DNA of 64,000 nucleotides from Candidatus Woesearchaeota archaeon (GCA_037445145.1 JBBILB010000002.1:15137-79136); one strand, 5' to 3'; counted from the stretch's first letter, positions 19,364 to 27,182 are shown. Notes: generated from the letters alone by a model not told the origin. A program made the numbers and translations.

Positions 19364-19725
19364 CTGGCAGCACAGAAAGGTTTCACGCACTAAGCCATTT
19401 TGTCCTCTTCCTGATGCTGTTCGCAATCACCCTTGCAGTGATGAAGTTCAGCACACCCACAGGGTTTGCAACAGGAAACTACACAATAGGCACAGACCGC
19501 ATTGGAGACCTCAAGCCGTTCCTGACAGCAGTCGGCCTCCTGATGGGCTTGTTCGTGGCAGCAGTTGCTGTTTTCGGAATGAAACGGCTTGAAAAAGCAC
19601 CCCAGCCAGCACAACATCCTGAAGAAGGAAAGTCTCCTAAGCTTAAGCCAGCAGAGGCAGATCCTGAAAAAAGCATTGCTGAAATCAACCGCGACCTGGC
19701 AAGAATACGCAGAATGCTAAGGTAA
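19360..19725 (+). CDS. Small two-TM membrane protein
   Basis: ATGA overlap with the upstream stop. Two hydrophobic helices (FVLFLMLFAITLAVM and LTAVGLLMGLFVAAVAVFG). A T6 run follows the stop. Confidence 0.5.
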   Translation: MTGSTERFHALSHFVLFLMLFAITLAVMKFSTPTGFATGNYTIGTDRIGDLKPFLTAVGLLMGLFVAAVAVFGMKRLEKAPQPAQHPEEGKSPKLKPAEADPEKSIAEINRDLARIRRMLR

Positions 19726-19733
19726 AGCGCATC

Positions 19734-19743
19734 TTTTTTAAAG
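19734..19743 (+). promoter_or_regulatory. TATA-box-like element for tRNA-Leu
   Basis: TTTTTTAAAG centred about 26 nt upstream of tRNA position 1. Confidence 0.45.
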
Positions 19744-19764
19744 CAAGATATTCTTTTCTTTATT

Positions 19765-19894
19765 GCCCGGGTAGCGAAGTGGCCAAACGCGCTGGACTTA
19801 AGACGCCCGCAACCCTTCCAAAGCGATCAAGGATTGTTTGCTGGAGAAATCCAGTCCCGCAAGGGGTTCGCCGGTTCGAATCCGGCCCCGGGCA
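19765..19894 (+). tRNA. tRNA-Leu(UAA) with a 46-nt intron after position 37
   Basis: Acceptor GCCCGGG/CCCGGGC plus A73. Anticodon stem CTGGA/TCCAG, loop CTTAAGA, anticodon TAA at 19799-19801. Intron at about 19803-19848. Long variable arm and T-arm GCCGG-TTCGAAT-CCGGC. Confidence 0.85.
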
Positions 19895-19930
19895 CTAAAT
19901 TTTAAAAATAACCCTCAAATAAGCAGGCAA

Positions 19931-20444
19931 ATGACATCTTACAAGTTCAGCAACAATTTCCTGATAACAACCATTGGCGCATTGGGGCTGGCCGCCCTTG
20001 CGACAACAGGAGTTCACATGCTTCCAAAAAGTGCAAAAAAAACAGCCAGAAGCACTTGTCCAGCAAGAAAAAAAGCCCGTCTTTTACAACGACGTTGTGG
20101 TCCACAATACAGACGGAATAAGGCTTGAAATGCTTGCCTCTGACAAGGTTCCCCAAACGTGGAGCGGAATAAGCCTAAAGATTGACCCTTCAGTAAGCCA
20201 GCAATGGGCGCAGTACAGGCCTGTCAGCATCACAATACCAGAACTAAATTACACAGCACCATTTCCTGCAGAAGATGGCGCAACAGGCGCAAAAGTCACA
20301 TTTGCAAAGCCACAAACCCTTGAGGAAAGAATAACATTCATGGTAACAGGCAACATGAGCGTGCCCGGCGAAAAGCACCACGTACCCAAAATCCTTTTCA
20401 ACAAGTACGTGCAGGTAAAAAACATTGAGCAACCCACTTATTAA
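19931..20444 (+). CDS. Signal-anchored secreted protein, apparent frameshift in an A8 run
   Basis: ATG at 19931 encodes MTSYKFSNNFLITTIGALGLAALATTGVHMLPKSAKK. The long ORF 19974..20444 is in another frame. Deleting one A from 20044-20051 joins them as ...SAKKQPEALVQQEKKPVFYND... Confidence 0.5.
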
Positions 20445-20461
20445 GAAAATTCAGCCGCAAA

Positions 20462-20469
20462 CATAACAA
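20462..20469 (+). promoter_or_regulatory. TATA box for tRNA-Thr
   Basis: TTTAAATA centred about 29 nt upstream of tRNA position 1. Confidence 0.45.
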
Positions 20470-20494
20470 TCTTTAAATAAGATATGCCTGACTT

Positions 20495-20582
20495 CTTGAG
20501 CATCGCCTCCGTGGCTTAGTAGCTATAGCACCACCTTGGTATGCAATGCAGCAAAAAGGTGGGGGTCGCGAGTGCAACTCTC
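20495..20582 (+). tRNA. tRNA-Thr(GGU) with 15-nt intron; atypical D/T loops
   Basis: Acceptor GCCTCCG/CGGAGGC plus T73. Anticodon stem CCACC/GGTGG, GGT at 20528-20530. Intron 20532-20546. The T-arm is GCGAG-TGCAACT-CTCGC, with G where U55 is expected. Confidence 0.7.
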
Positions 20583-20649
20583 GCCGGAGGCTTATCATTG
20601 CGCGCCACAGCAATGTTTATATACCTTGTTTTGTCTGTTTTTGCACAGA

Positions 20650-21450
20650 ATGAAGCGGCTTTTGTTAATATTCCTGTTGCTTTCAGCGTGCACCACCCTG
20701 CCAGCACAGAAGCAGGCAGTTCCTGAATGCAAATGGCCTGAAATCCCCTATGATGGCGGGTGCTGCAGGGACCTCAATGAGAATAACATTTGCGACACGA
20801 TAGACCTTGCCGCGCAATTGGAGGCCGAAAAGCAGAAAGAATACGAATTGGCGGCACAAAAAGCCCGCGAAACAGCAGAACGCTCGGGAAAATACAAGCC
20901 AACAATCGTGAATGAGCTTTACGCAAACGCAACAAGCGTGAAAAATTACAGGTTTATTTACAAGGGCGATGAAATTGTTGCGGCAAACAACACAATCATG
21001 CGCAGGCTGGTGTCCGAGTATCCTGTCGGCGACAGGGATGTTGGCGGAAGAAGGATGAAGGTCGTGGTTAACACGATCTATCTCGACATTATCGGCAAAA
21101 AGGCTGTTGCAGAATGCATCCCCCCTCCTGCGCTTGTTGAGGCAAAGCAGGACACTGTGTGCGACAAGTTTATCGGCTACAAGTTTGACGTGCCTTATGA
21201 TGTTTTCGCCTTGAAGATGCCTGAGAAATGGCTTGAGGAATTCCTCTACCGCACGCCAATAACGACACTGCCGGGCAGCCACATTGCCAAGCGCACTGCA
21301 ACGCTTTACAAATTCAGCGACTTAAAGGACGCAAACAGGAAAACACACATCTGGGCTGATGATCAGACAGGAATGCCGTTGCGCGTTGAGGTCTGGCAGG
21401 GAGATGTCCTTGAACAAAGAGAAGACTACATTGATTTCTACGTGATTTGA
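20650..21450 (+). CDS. Lipobox-bearing secreted protein (possible LolA-like fold, weak)
   Basis: Starts MKRLLLIFLLLSAC (lipobox LSAC). The listed longer ORF would overlap the tRNA. The C-terminus THIWADDQTGMPLRVEVWQGD is reminiscent of lipoprotein-sorting folds; this is a low-confidence impression. Confidence 0.6.
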   Translation: MKRLLLIFLLLSACTTLPAQKQAVPECKWPEIPYDGGCCRDLNENNICDTIDLAAQLEAEKQKEYELAAQKARETAERSGKYKPTIVNELYANATSVKNYRFIYKGDEIVAANNTIMRRLVSEYPVGDRDVGGRRMKVVVNTIYLDIIGKKAVAECIPPPALVEAKQDTVCDKFIGYKFDVPYDVFALKMPEKWLEEFLYRTPITTLPGSHIAKRTATLYKFSDLKDANRKTHIWADDQTGMPLRVEVWQGDVLEQREDYIDFYVI

Positions 21451-21489
21451 CCAAAATGTTTTTATCCTCTGAATAGCAACAAGCACAGC

Positions 21490-21705
21490 ATGGAGAAAAA
21501 AAGAGGGTTCCTAAGCACACTCTGGCACAAGAAATACAGCTATTTGGACTTCATCGAGCCATTGCTTGCACTTCCTTTCGGGTATGCTGTCCTGAGGATT
21601 CTTGAAGGACAGTACAACACGCTCTCATTCATGATTGTTTTCGTGCTCGTTCTCATTTATTTGCCGGCAATAGTTGTGTTCAGCGAGAGCAGGAGGAAGA
21701 AATGA
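21490..21705 (+). CDS. Small two-TM membrane protein
   Basis: 71-aa ORF whose stop overlaps the next start (ATGA). Confidence 0.45.
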   Translation: MEKKRGFLSTLWHKKYSYLDFIEPLLALPFGYAVLRILEGQYNTLSFMIVFVLVLIYLPAIVVFSESRRKK

Positions 21706-22541
21706 AGCCGTTGCTCATTGTTATTGCACTGCTGGCCCTTGCCCCTGGCGTGGTTGCAGAATGCGAGGCGGCATTTGACCTGATGCAGGTAACAAAAGAC
21801 ACAACGCTCTGCAACAAGGCATATGACATCCCAAGCGGCATAACAATCAGGACAGACAATGTCACGCTTGACTGCAACGGCGCAATAATCCGCGGCACTG
21901 CAGTCCAGGACGGCCAGGGAATCATAATTGACAACGCAGACGGCGTCACAGTAAAGAACTGCAACATACTGAATTATGATGTCGGCATTTACGTGAAGGA
22001 TGCAAACAGGAACACAATAATCCAGAATGCCCTGCTGAAGAACAAAATTGGGGTCAGGATGCTCAACGCGCACGAAAACCGCTTTGAGAGCAATGCTGAC
22101 AAGAGCCTGCTCAAGCCTGTCAGCGCACTTGCATCAAAATTCAACTCTTTTTACATCACGAACAAGGACCTTGACAAGGACTTCTGCGAGACAAACCTGT
22201 GCAACCAGCCAGGGCAAATGAATCCCTGCGAGAACGATGACAATTACTGCAGCCCTGACTGCAGTTACGAGAGCGACAATGACTGCCCAAAGCCGAATGC
22301 AGAGCCAGAATCACTGCCATGGCTGGCTGTCCAGCCAAGCCAGCCGGCAGCCCTGCCTCCAGAAAGGCCTGCTGAAACACAAAAGCAAGCGCAAAAGACC
22401 GTTCCAAAGGCAACAACAAGCATAATCAGCAAACTGTCTCCAAAAGCACAGTTCTGGACAACTGCATTATTGTTCATAATAGCATACCTCGCCGGATTTC
22501 TCTGCTTCCAGCACGTAAAATACAAGCGTTCTAGAAACTAA
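21702..22541 (+). CDS. Secreted right-handed beta-helix (PbH1) repeat protein with C-terminal TM anchor
   Basis: Signal peptide MKPLLIVIALLALAPGVVA. Repeats ITIRTDNVTLDCNGAIIRG/GIIIDNADGVTVKNCNILNYDVGIYV/NTIIQNALLKNKIGVRM. Cys-rich linker, P-rich stalk and terminal TM. Confidence 0.7.
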   Translation: MKPLLIVIALLALAPGVVAECEAAFDLMQVTKDTTLCNKAYDIPSGITIRTDNVTLDCNGAIIRGTAVQDGQGIIIDNADGVTVKNCNILNYDVGIYVKDANRNTIIQNALLKNKIGVRMLNAHENRFESNADKSLLKPVSALASKFNSFYITNKDLDKDFCETNLCNQPGQMNPCENDDNYCSPDCSYESDNDCPKPNAEPESLPWLAVQPSQPAALPPERPAETQKQAQKTVPKATTSIISKLSPKAQFWTTALLFIIAYLAGFLCFQHVKYKRSRN

Positions 22542-22591
22542 TATATACTAGTGGCAGTCTTGGAAGGCAGTTCAAAAAAAAGGTGGTCGGT

Positions 22592-23248
22592 ATGAATTGC
22601 AGGGTTTTTGCCTTCATAGCAGTGCTTATCCTAATTGTACCTGCAGCATTAGCAGCCAGCAGGACCTGCACGCGCATCATTGACCCTCCAAGGATTGACC
22701 AAAACACAGTGCTCTGCGCTGACAATTATTACCCCCACAACTACCCGCAGGGCTTGAAGATAACAAAAGACAACATTGTCCTTGATTGCGGCACAAGCGT
22801 TCTGCACGGGCAGTTCACGAATGCAGGAATAGTCATTGCCAACCGCAAAAATGTCACAATAAAAAACTGCCAAATAGCCAACTACAACACAGGAATACTC
22901 ATAAGAAACTCGGAAAAAATACAAATACTAAACGGAAACCTAATCAGGAACATCATCGGAATAAAACTGGTGAATTCAAAACAGGTTGTTGTTGAAAACA
23001 GCCATGACATAAGCATTTCAAGCCCTATCCAGCTGGTAAACGCCTCAGGCAACACATTCCATTACCTCAACAAAAACATAAAAGACGACAACTGCAGGCT
23101 CAACCAGTGCAACACACCGGCAGGAATTGCAGCAAATGAAAATATGCATGCAAAGAAAAGTGTCACTGAAAAATCGCTTGCCAGAACGCTCAGGGACAAT
23201 CTACGCGCCTGGCTTTACCCAAACAGTTCTGTATTCAGCAAGGCCTGA
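22592..23248 (+). CDS. Secreted beta-helix repeat protein, paralogue of the preceding gene
   Basis: Same repeat grammar (KITKDNIVLDCGTSVLHG/GIVIANRKNVTIKNCQIANYNTGILI/IQILNGNLIRNIIGIKL). ATG at 22592 follows AGGTGG. Confidence 0.7.
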   Translation: MNCRVFAFIAVLILIVPAALAASRTCTRIIDPPRIDQNTVLCADNYYPHNYPQGLKITKDNIVLDCGTSVLHGQFTNAGIVIANRKNVTIKNCQIANYNTGILIRNSEKIQILNGNLIRNIIGIKLVNSKQVVVENSHDISISSPIQLVNASGNTFHYLNKNIKDDNCRLNQCNTPAGIAANENMHAKKSVTEKSLARTLRDNLRAWLYPNSSVFSKA

Positions 23249-23711
23249 TGTTCTCAACAACAATTGCCTGCTTGCTACACACAACAGTTTTGCCGGCAAT
23301 CACCACCCTTGGAGTAAATTTTATCTGGCTGACATTACCTGGAACATTGAATTCAATCTGGGCAGCACTTCCCCTTGCCAAGGGCTTGTCAAGGACATTC
23401 TCGACCACGCCAACACCCGCGTCTGACACGATGCGCGCGTGGATTCCCGCAATGTTCATGTCAGGACCGTTGTCAATAAGCCCCTTCACAGTGCCGTCTG
23501 CAGTACAAAGCTGGTCAACACCACCTATCCTGATGATGCTAAAAGAGACCATGTCGCAGCTTGTCATTGTTTCCTGAACCCCCTGCACGAACTCTGCCCT
23601 TTCCTCAATATAATCCTCCCCCCAGCTCATCACCGCAATACCCATCCCGACAGAAAGCGCAATAAGCAGGATTGTTGCAAAAAGCGGCGAAATTCCTCTC
23701 TTGTTTGTCAT
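23235..23711 (-). CDS. Archaeal type IV pilin-like protein (class III signal peptide)
   Basis: MTNKRG/ISPLFATILLIALSVGMGIAV matches the KRG-ISP...hydrophobic class III signal. Trimmed from the listed 23828 start. Confidence 0.75.
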   Translation of the reverse strand: MTNKRGISPLFATILLIALSVGMGIAVMSWGEDYIEERAEFVQGVQETMTSCDMVSFSIIRIGGVDQLCTADGTVKGLIDNGPDMNIAGIHARIVSDAGVGVVENVLDKPLARGSAAQIEFNVPGNVSQIKFTPRVVIAGKTVVCSKQAIVVENIRPC

Positions 23712-23813
23712 CAGCAATTCCTCTTTTTGCACCCGCTTGGGCAAAACCCATTTATAAATATAGCGGGTTTTATGAGCAAAGATTATAAACAACCCAACTG
23801 TGAGGAAAAGAAC

Positions 23814-24473
23814 ATGGCAGAGGAACAACAGCTTTCACCGGAAGAAATGGTTGCAATGTCAAGGCAACAGTGTATTTTCTGCCACATTGCAGCAGGCAGG
23901 GTTGCCTCAAGGAAAATATACGAGGACGACAAGGTAGTTGCAGTGCTTGACATCAATCCAGCAAACCCAGGGCACGTGCTCATCGTACCAAAAGAGCACT
24001 ACGTAATAATGCCCCAGATACCAGAAGACGTGCTGGAGCACATCGGCATGATCGCAAAAGGAATCTCCCACGCCCAGCTCAAGGCATTCAAGGCGCAGGG
24101 AACAAACATTTTCGTCGCAAACGGAGTCGCTGCAGGCCAAAGGGCGCAGCACTTCATGATGCACGTGATTCCGCGAATGGAAAGGGACGACGTCGGGCTA
24201 ATCCTTCCGGAAAGGTCGATGGCGTCTGCTGATGCAAAAAAAGCCCAGCAAGTCCTGAAAAAGGCATTGTCAAAGGCGTTGGGGCTCAAGATAGAAGGCG
24301 AGCCGGAAACAGCAAAGGAATCGCAGGCGCCAAAAGAAGAGGAGCGCGTGGAAAAAGAAGAGCCAGAGAAACCCGCAAAAAAAGCAGAAAAGACGGCTGA
24401 CAAGAAAAAGCCAGCGGTGCCGGCAAAAGGCGCAAACCTTGACGAAATAGCAAGCCTGCTAACAAAAGGGTGA
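23814..24473 (+). CDS. HIT-superfamily protein, divergent triad (H-F-M-M-H), K/E/P-rich tail
   Basis: CIFCHI Zn-motif, NPANPGHVLIVPKEH and AQHFMMHVIPR where HxHxH is expected. Confidence 0.7.
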   Translation: MAEEQQLSPEEMVAMSRQQCIFCHIAAGRVASRKIYEDDKVVAVLDINPANPGHVLIVPKEHYVIMPQIPEDVLEHIGMIAKGISHAQLKAFKAQGTNIFVANGVAAGQRAQHFMMHVIPRMERDDVGLILPERSMASADAKKAQQVLKKALSKALGLKIEGEPETAKESQAPKEEERVEKEEPEKPAKKAEKTADKKKPAVPAKGANLDEIASLLTKG

Positions 24474-24476
24474 ACA

Positions 24477-24998
24477 ATGCAGTGTGAAACCTGTAATTTG
24501 ATAAGGGAGAAAAAAGGGCTGCTGTATGAAGACGAGCAGATTGCAATACTTCTTGCCCCAAAGCCCACTGCAGCAGGCCATATCGTACTCGCGCCAAAAA
24601 AGCACGCCGCAATACTTGAGCAAGTCCCTGACTTCATTGTCGGCAAGATGTTTAACAAGGCAAACAAGGCATCAATCGCTGTATTTGAGACTCTTGGAGC
24701 AGAAGGAACAAACATAATCGTGAACAACGGCCTTGCAGCAGGGCAGACAACCAACCACTTCTTGCTCAACGTGATTCCAAGAAGGGAAAATGACGGGCTT
24801 AACCTCACCTGGCAGCCAAAGCAGCTTTCTGAAGAGGAAATGAGCACAATAGAACTAAAGCTAAAGGACGAATCAAAAAACATAGGCGTGTTTGAAAAAG
24901 AGGAGGAAAAACCAAAGGAAATCAAGAAGCCGGAAGAAATAAAGGAAGAGCACGAGGAAGAAAACTACCTTCTCAAACAACTTGAAAGACTGCCGTAA
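24477..24998 (+). CDS. HIT-superfamily paralogue with degenerate triad (H-F-L-L-N)
   Basis: CETC, AAGHIVLAPKKH and TNHFLLNVIPR, with an acidic/lysine tail. Lies 3 nt after the previous stop. Confidence 0.65.
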   Translation: MQCETCNLIREKKGLLYEDEQIAILLAPKPTAAGHIVLAPKKHAAILEQVPDFIVGKMFNKANKASIAVFETLGAEGTNIIVNNGLAAGQTTNHFLLNVIPRRENDGLNLTWQPKQLSEEEMSTIELKLKDESKNIGVFEKEEEKPKEIKKPEEIKEEHEEENYLLKQLERLP

Positions 24999-25005
24999 AA
25001 AAAAA

Positions 25006-25848
25006 TCAGAAAAACCAGGCAAGCGGGCTTCCAAAAACAAGGAATAATACAAAAGCCGCAAGGAGCGACGGCACAAAAGGAATGCCCTCCTTGACAAGAA
25101 CCTCTTTGACCCGGAGGCGCTTCAGTTGCTCAATTTTTTCCTTTGTGATGCCGAGGTCTTTAGGACCGCAGATGTATTTTCCCCTGACCCTGACAGGCTT
25201 TGCAATCCAGTCGCCCTCTATCAGCTTTCCAACAGGCAGGAACTTGTACATGCAACACCTCTCAACAGCCTTGACCATCAGCCCTGTATAAAAAAGCAGG
25301 GGGGCAACAAGGGCAACAACAAGCATCAGAATCCGCATCAAATTTTCATCCGTCGCAATAGCAAAGGCAACGCCAAGCACAAAAACAACCCACACAGGAA
25401 AATGCACCCATTTCACAGAGCGCGATAACAAGGCACAGCTTTTTGCAAATGCATTCCAGTTCCTTATTGCGAGAAAAATGCTCCAAACAAGACCGTAGGC
25501 AGCCCCTGCAAGCAAAGCCCACAGGACAAAACCAAGCCAAGGGCTTTCCAGCGAGAAACCAAACCCAAGCAATGCCCCCATTGCCATCAACAGCTTGCTG
25601 TCACCGCCACCCCACTGCCTGGAATAATACATTATTGTTGCAAGCGCAAAGAACACCACAAACCCAAGCACACCCCAGCCAAAGGCAGTCCAGCCATTGC
25701 CGGCAATGCCCCACAACAACCTTATGCCAAGACCTGCAACAATGCCTGCAAAATTAACCCAGTCAGGAACCTCCCGCGTGCGGATGTCAGAGTATGCTCC
25801 TGCAACAAGCAGGACTAACGCAACTGAAAACAACAAGGCATCAAGCAT
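25006..25848 (-). CDS. A24-family prepilin/preflagellin peptidase (PibD/FlaK-like)
   Basis: Two catalytic Asp contexts: AGAYSDIRTREVPDW and WGGGDSKLLMAMG. Polytopic membrane protein, trimmed to MLDALLF... Confidence 0.8.
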   Translation of the reverse strand: MLDALLFSVALVLLVAGAYSDIRTREVPDWVNFAGIVAGLGIRLLWGIAGNGWTAFGWGVLGFVVFFALATIMYYSRQWGGGDSKLLMAMGALLGFGFSLESPWLGFVLWALLAGAAYGLVWSIFLAIRNWNAFAKSCALLSRSVKWVHFPVWVVFVLGVAFAIATDENLMRILMLVVALVAPLLFYTGLMVKAVERCCMYKFLPVGKLIEGDWIAKPVRVRGKYICGPKDLGITKEKIEQLKRLRVKEVLVKEGIPFVPSLLAAFVLFLVFGSPLAWFF

Positions 25849-25901
25849 AACCCCCTTTCCGTTCAGAACATATATAAATACTTGCCCATTGAAAACCCAT
25901 C

Positions 25902-26579
25902 GTGAATCCGACGGCAAACACAGAAGAGGGGTTTCCGCTGAGCCCGCAGCCCCTGCCAACGCACGTTGCAATAGCGATTTTCTCGCAGGAGCATGTACAG
26001 CCCGAGACAACACTCCGCAACATAATGGAACTGATGACGCTGGCAGTAAACCTCAGGATTCCAATGCTGACCATCCACTTCCCCTCAAGCGCGACAGAAA
26101 GCGAGATCAACATGATAACAACGATATTCACCGCACTAATGCACGAGCAGTTCCTTGACAGAAACCAGGTAAAAATCTCGGTGCTGGGCAAGTGGTACGA
26201 GCTTCCCGAGCGAGCGCTTGAGCCGATAAAGCACGTAATCTCCTCAACAAGCGAATACGACCGGTGCTTCGTGAACTTCTGCGTGCGGTACGAAGGGCAG
26301 GATGACATTGTTGACGGCGCAAAACTGCTTGCAAAGAATGTCCAGCTGGGAAAGCTCGCGCCAGAACAAATAACAAAAGCAAAACTTAAGGAGGCAATGC
26401 TCACGTCCACGCTGCTGCCGCCAAGCCTGATAATATACCCTGCACCTGCGCGAAAAACAGGAGGGGTGCTTTTGTGGGATTCTGCACACGCGCTTATCCA
26501 CTTTTCCGACTTTGCGTGGAAGGACTTCGGCAAGGAAGCATTTTTAAACAGCCTCTCGTTCTTCCAGCGCCATAGTTAA
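25902..26579 (+). CDS. Undecaprenyl-diphosphate-synthase-fold protein with degenerate catalytic motifs
   Basis: Collinear with UppS throughout (THVAIAI.., RIPMLTIHFPSS, KISVLGKWYELP, NFCVRYEGQDDIVDGAKLL, LIIYPAPARKTGGVLLWDSAHALIHFSDFAWKDF). However, DGNxRWA is IFSQEHV and RTSGExR is YPAPARK. Confidence 0.65.
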   Translation: MNPTANTEEGFPLSPQPLPTHVAIAIFSQEHVQPETTLRNIMELMTLAVNLRIPMLTIHFPSSATESEINMITTIFTALMHEQFLDRNQVKISVLGKWYELPERALEPIKHVISSTSEYDRCFVNFCVRYEGQDDIVDGAKLLAKNVQLGKLAPEQITKAKLKEAMLTSTLLPPSLIIYPAPARKTGGVLLWDSAHALIHFSDFAWKDFGKEAFLNSLSFFQRHS

Positions 26580-26591
26580 GACTAAATTCTA

Positions 26592-27124
26592 CCGGCTCTG
26601 GTGAAAATCTCGCAAAATTAAAATAACCCATGTGCCGTGTGAGCGACAACACCGGGAGTGGGGAGAGTCTCCTGCCACGAGCAAAGAAGCAAAACTAATA
26701 CGTAAAGTTAAGCGTTTGTTGCGGCAGGCGCGGACGCCTCGCTGGCTGCACCACTTTAAACCAAAGAAGTGCGAGTTCTGGCAGCACGCAATTGCCCTGC
26801 TTGCGAGGGCAATCTGCCAACTAAGTTATCGTCGAGTATACTAGCTGTTGCGCCAGCCCGGGCAGGACGTGCCGATGTGTTCTGCGCAGCGAAGCAGTGC
26901 ATGAACACTGCTTCGATATGGAAATTGCCAGCACGATTCCGAAAAGAACAGCCTCAAAACAAATCATTGCAGAGAAATGGCAGAATGCAAGTTCAGCAGC
27001 ATAAAAAGGCAGTTCGGCAGCACAACCATTGCCGCCGCACGAAAACAACCCGCGCAGAATTGTCCGCGCAGTGTATTGTGAGCAATATGTTCTCGCGCCT
27101 GATCAGACTTTTTCACCAGAGCCG
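26592..27124. mobile_element. MITE-like non-coding element (alternatively a ~530-nt structured RNA)
   Basis: 15-bp perfect inverted termini (26593-26607 CGGCTCTGGTGAAAA and 27110-27124 TTTTCACCAGAGCCG). ATTCTA lies on both outer flanks (26586-26591 and 27125-27130). No credible ORF. The interior has many perfect hairpins. Confidence 0.5.
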
Positions 27125-27137
27125 ATTCTATCGTAAG

Positions 27138-27146
27138 TTTTATAAA
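27138..27146 (+). promoter_or_regulatory. TATA box for the rpl7ae operon
   Basis: TTTTATAAA about 100 nt upstream of the rpl7ae ATG, which implies a roughly 75-nt 5' UTR. Confidence 0.4.
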
Positions 27147-27182
27147 CAAACCATAGATTTTGCAATTAAACCGATGAAACAA

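Noticed and set aside
20536-20649. N-terminal extension of the lipobox protein ORF
   Set aside because: The first 38 codons overlap the 3' half of tRNA-Thr. The internal MKRLLLIFLLLSAC is a complete signal peptide.
23999-24925. 308-aa ORF antisense to the two HIT genes
   Set aside because: It has S/F/A-rich low-complexity translation and lies entirely opposite two ORFs with clear HIT motifs. This is typical shadow-ORF behaviour of an A/G-rich coding strand.
25849-26013. Long N-terminal extension of the prepilin peptidase
   Set aside because: The extra 55 codons are Ala/Arg/Ser-rich and non-hydrophobic, and they would overlap the divergent UPPS-like gene start. The conserved membrane core begins at MLDALLF.
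26592-27124. RNase P RNA or SRP (7S) RNA as the identity of the structured non-coding region
   Set aside because: I looked on both strands for the universal RNase P blocks (GAGGAAAGUCC-type CR-I, ACAGAA..CGGCUUA-type CR-V). I also looked for the SRP helix-8 GGAAG/AGCA loops and found nothing convincing. At about 530 nt it is also too long for either. A covariance-model search is still needed to be sure.
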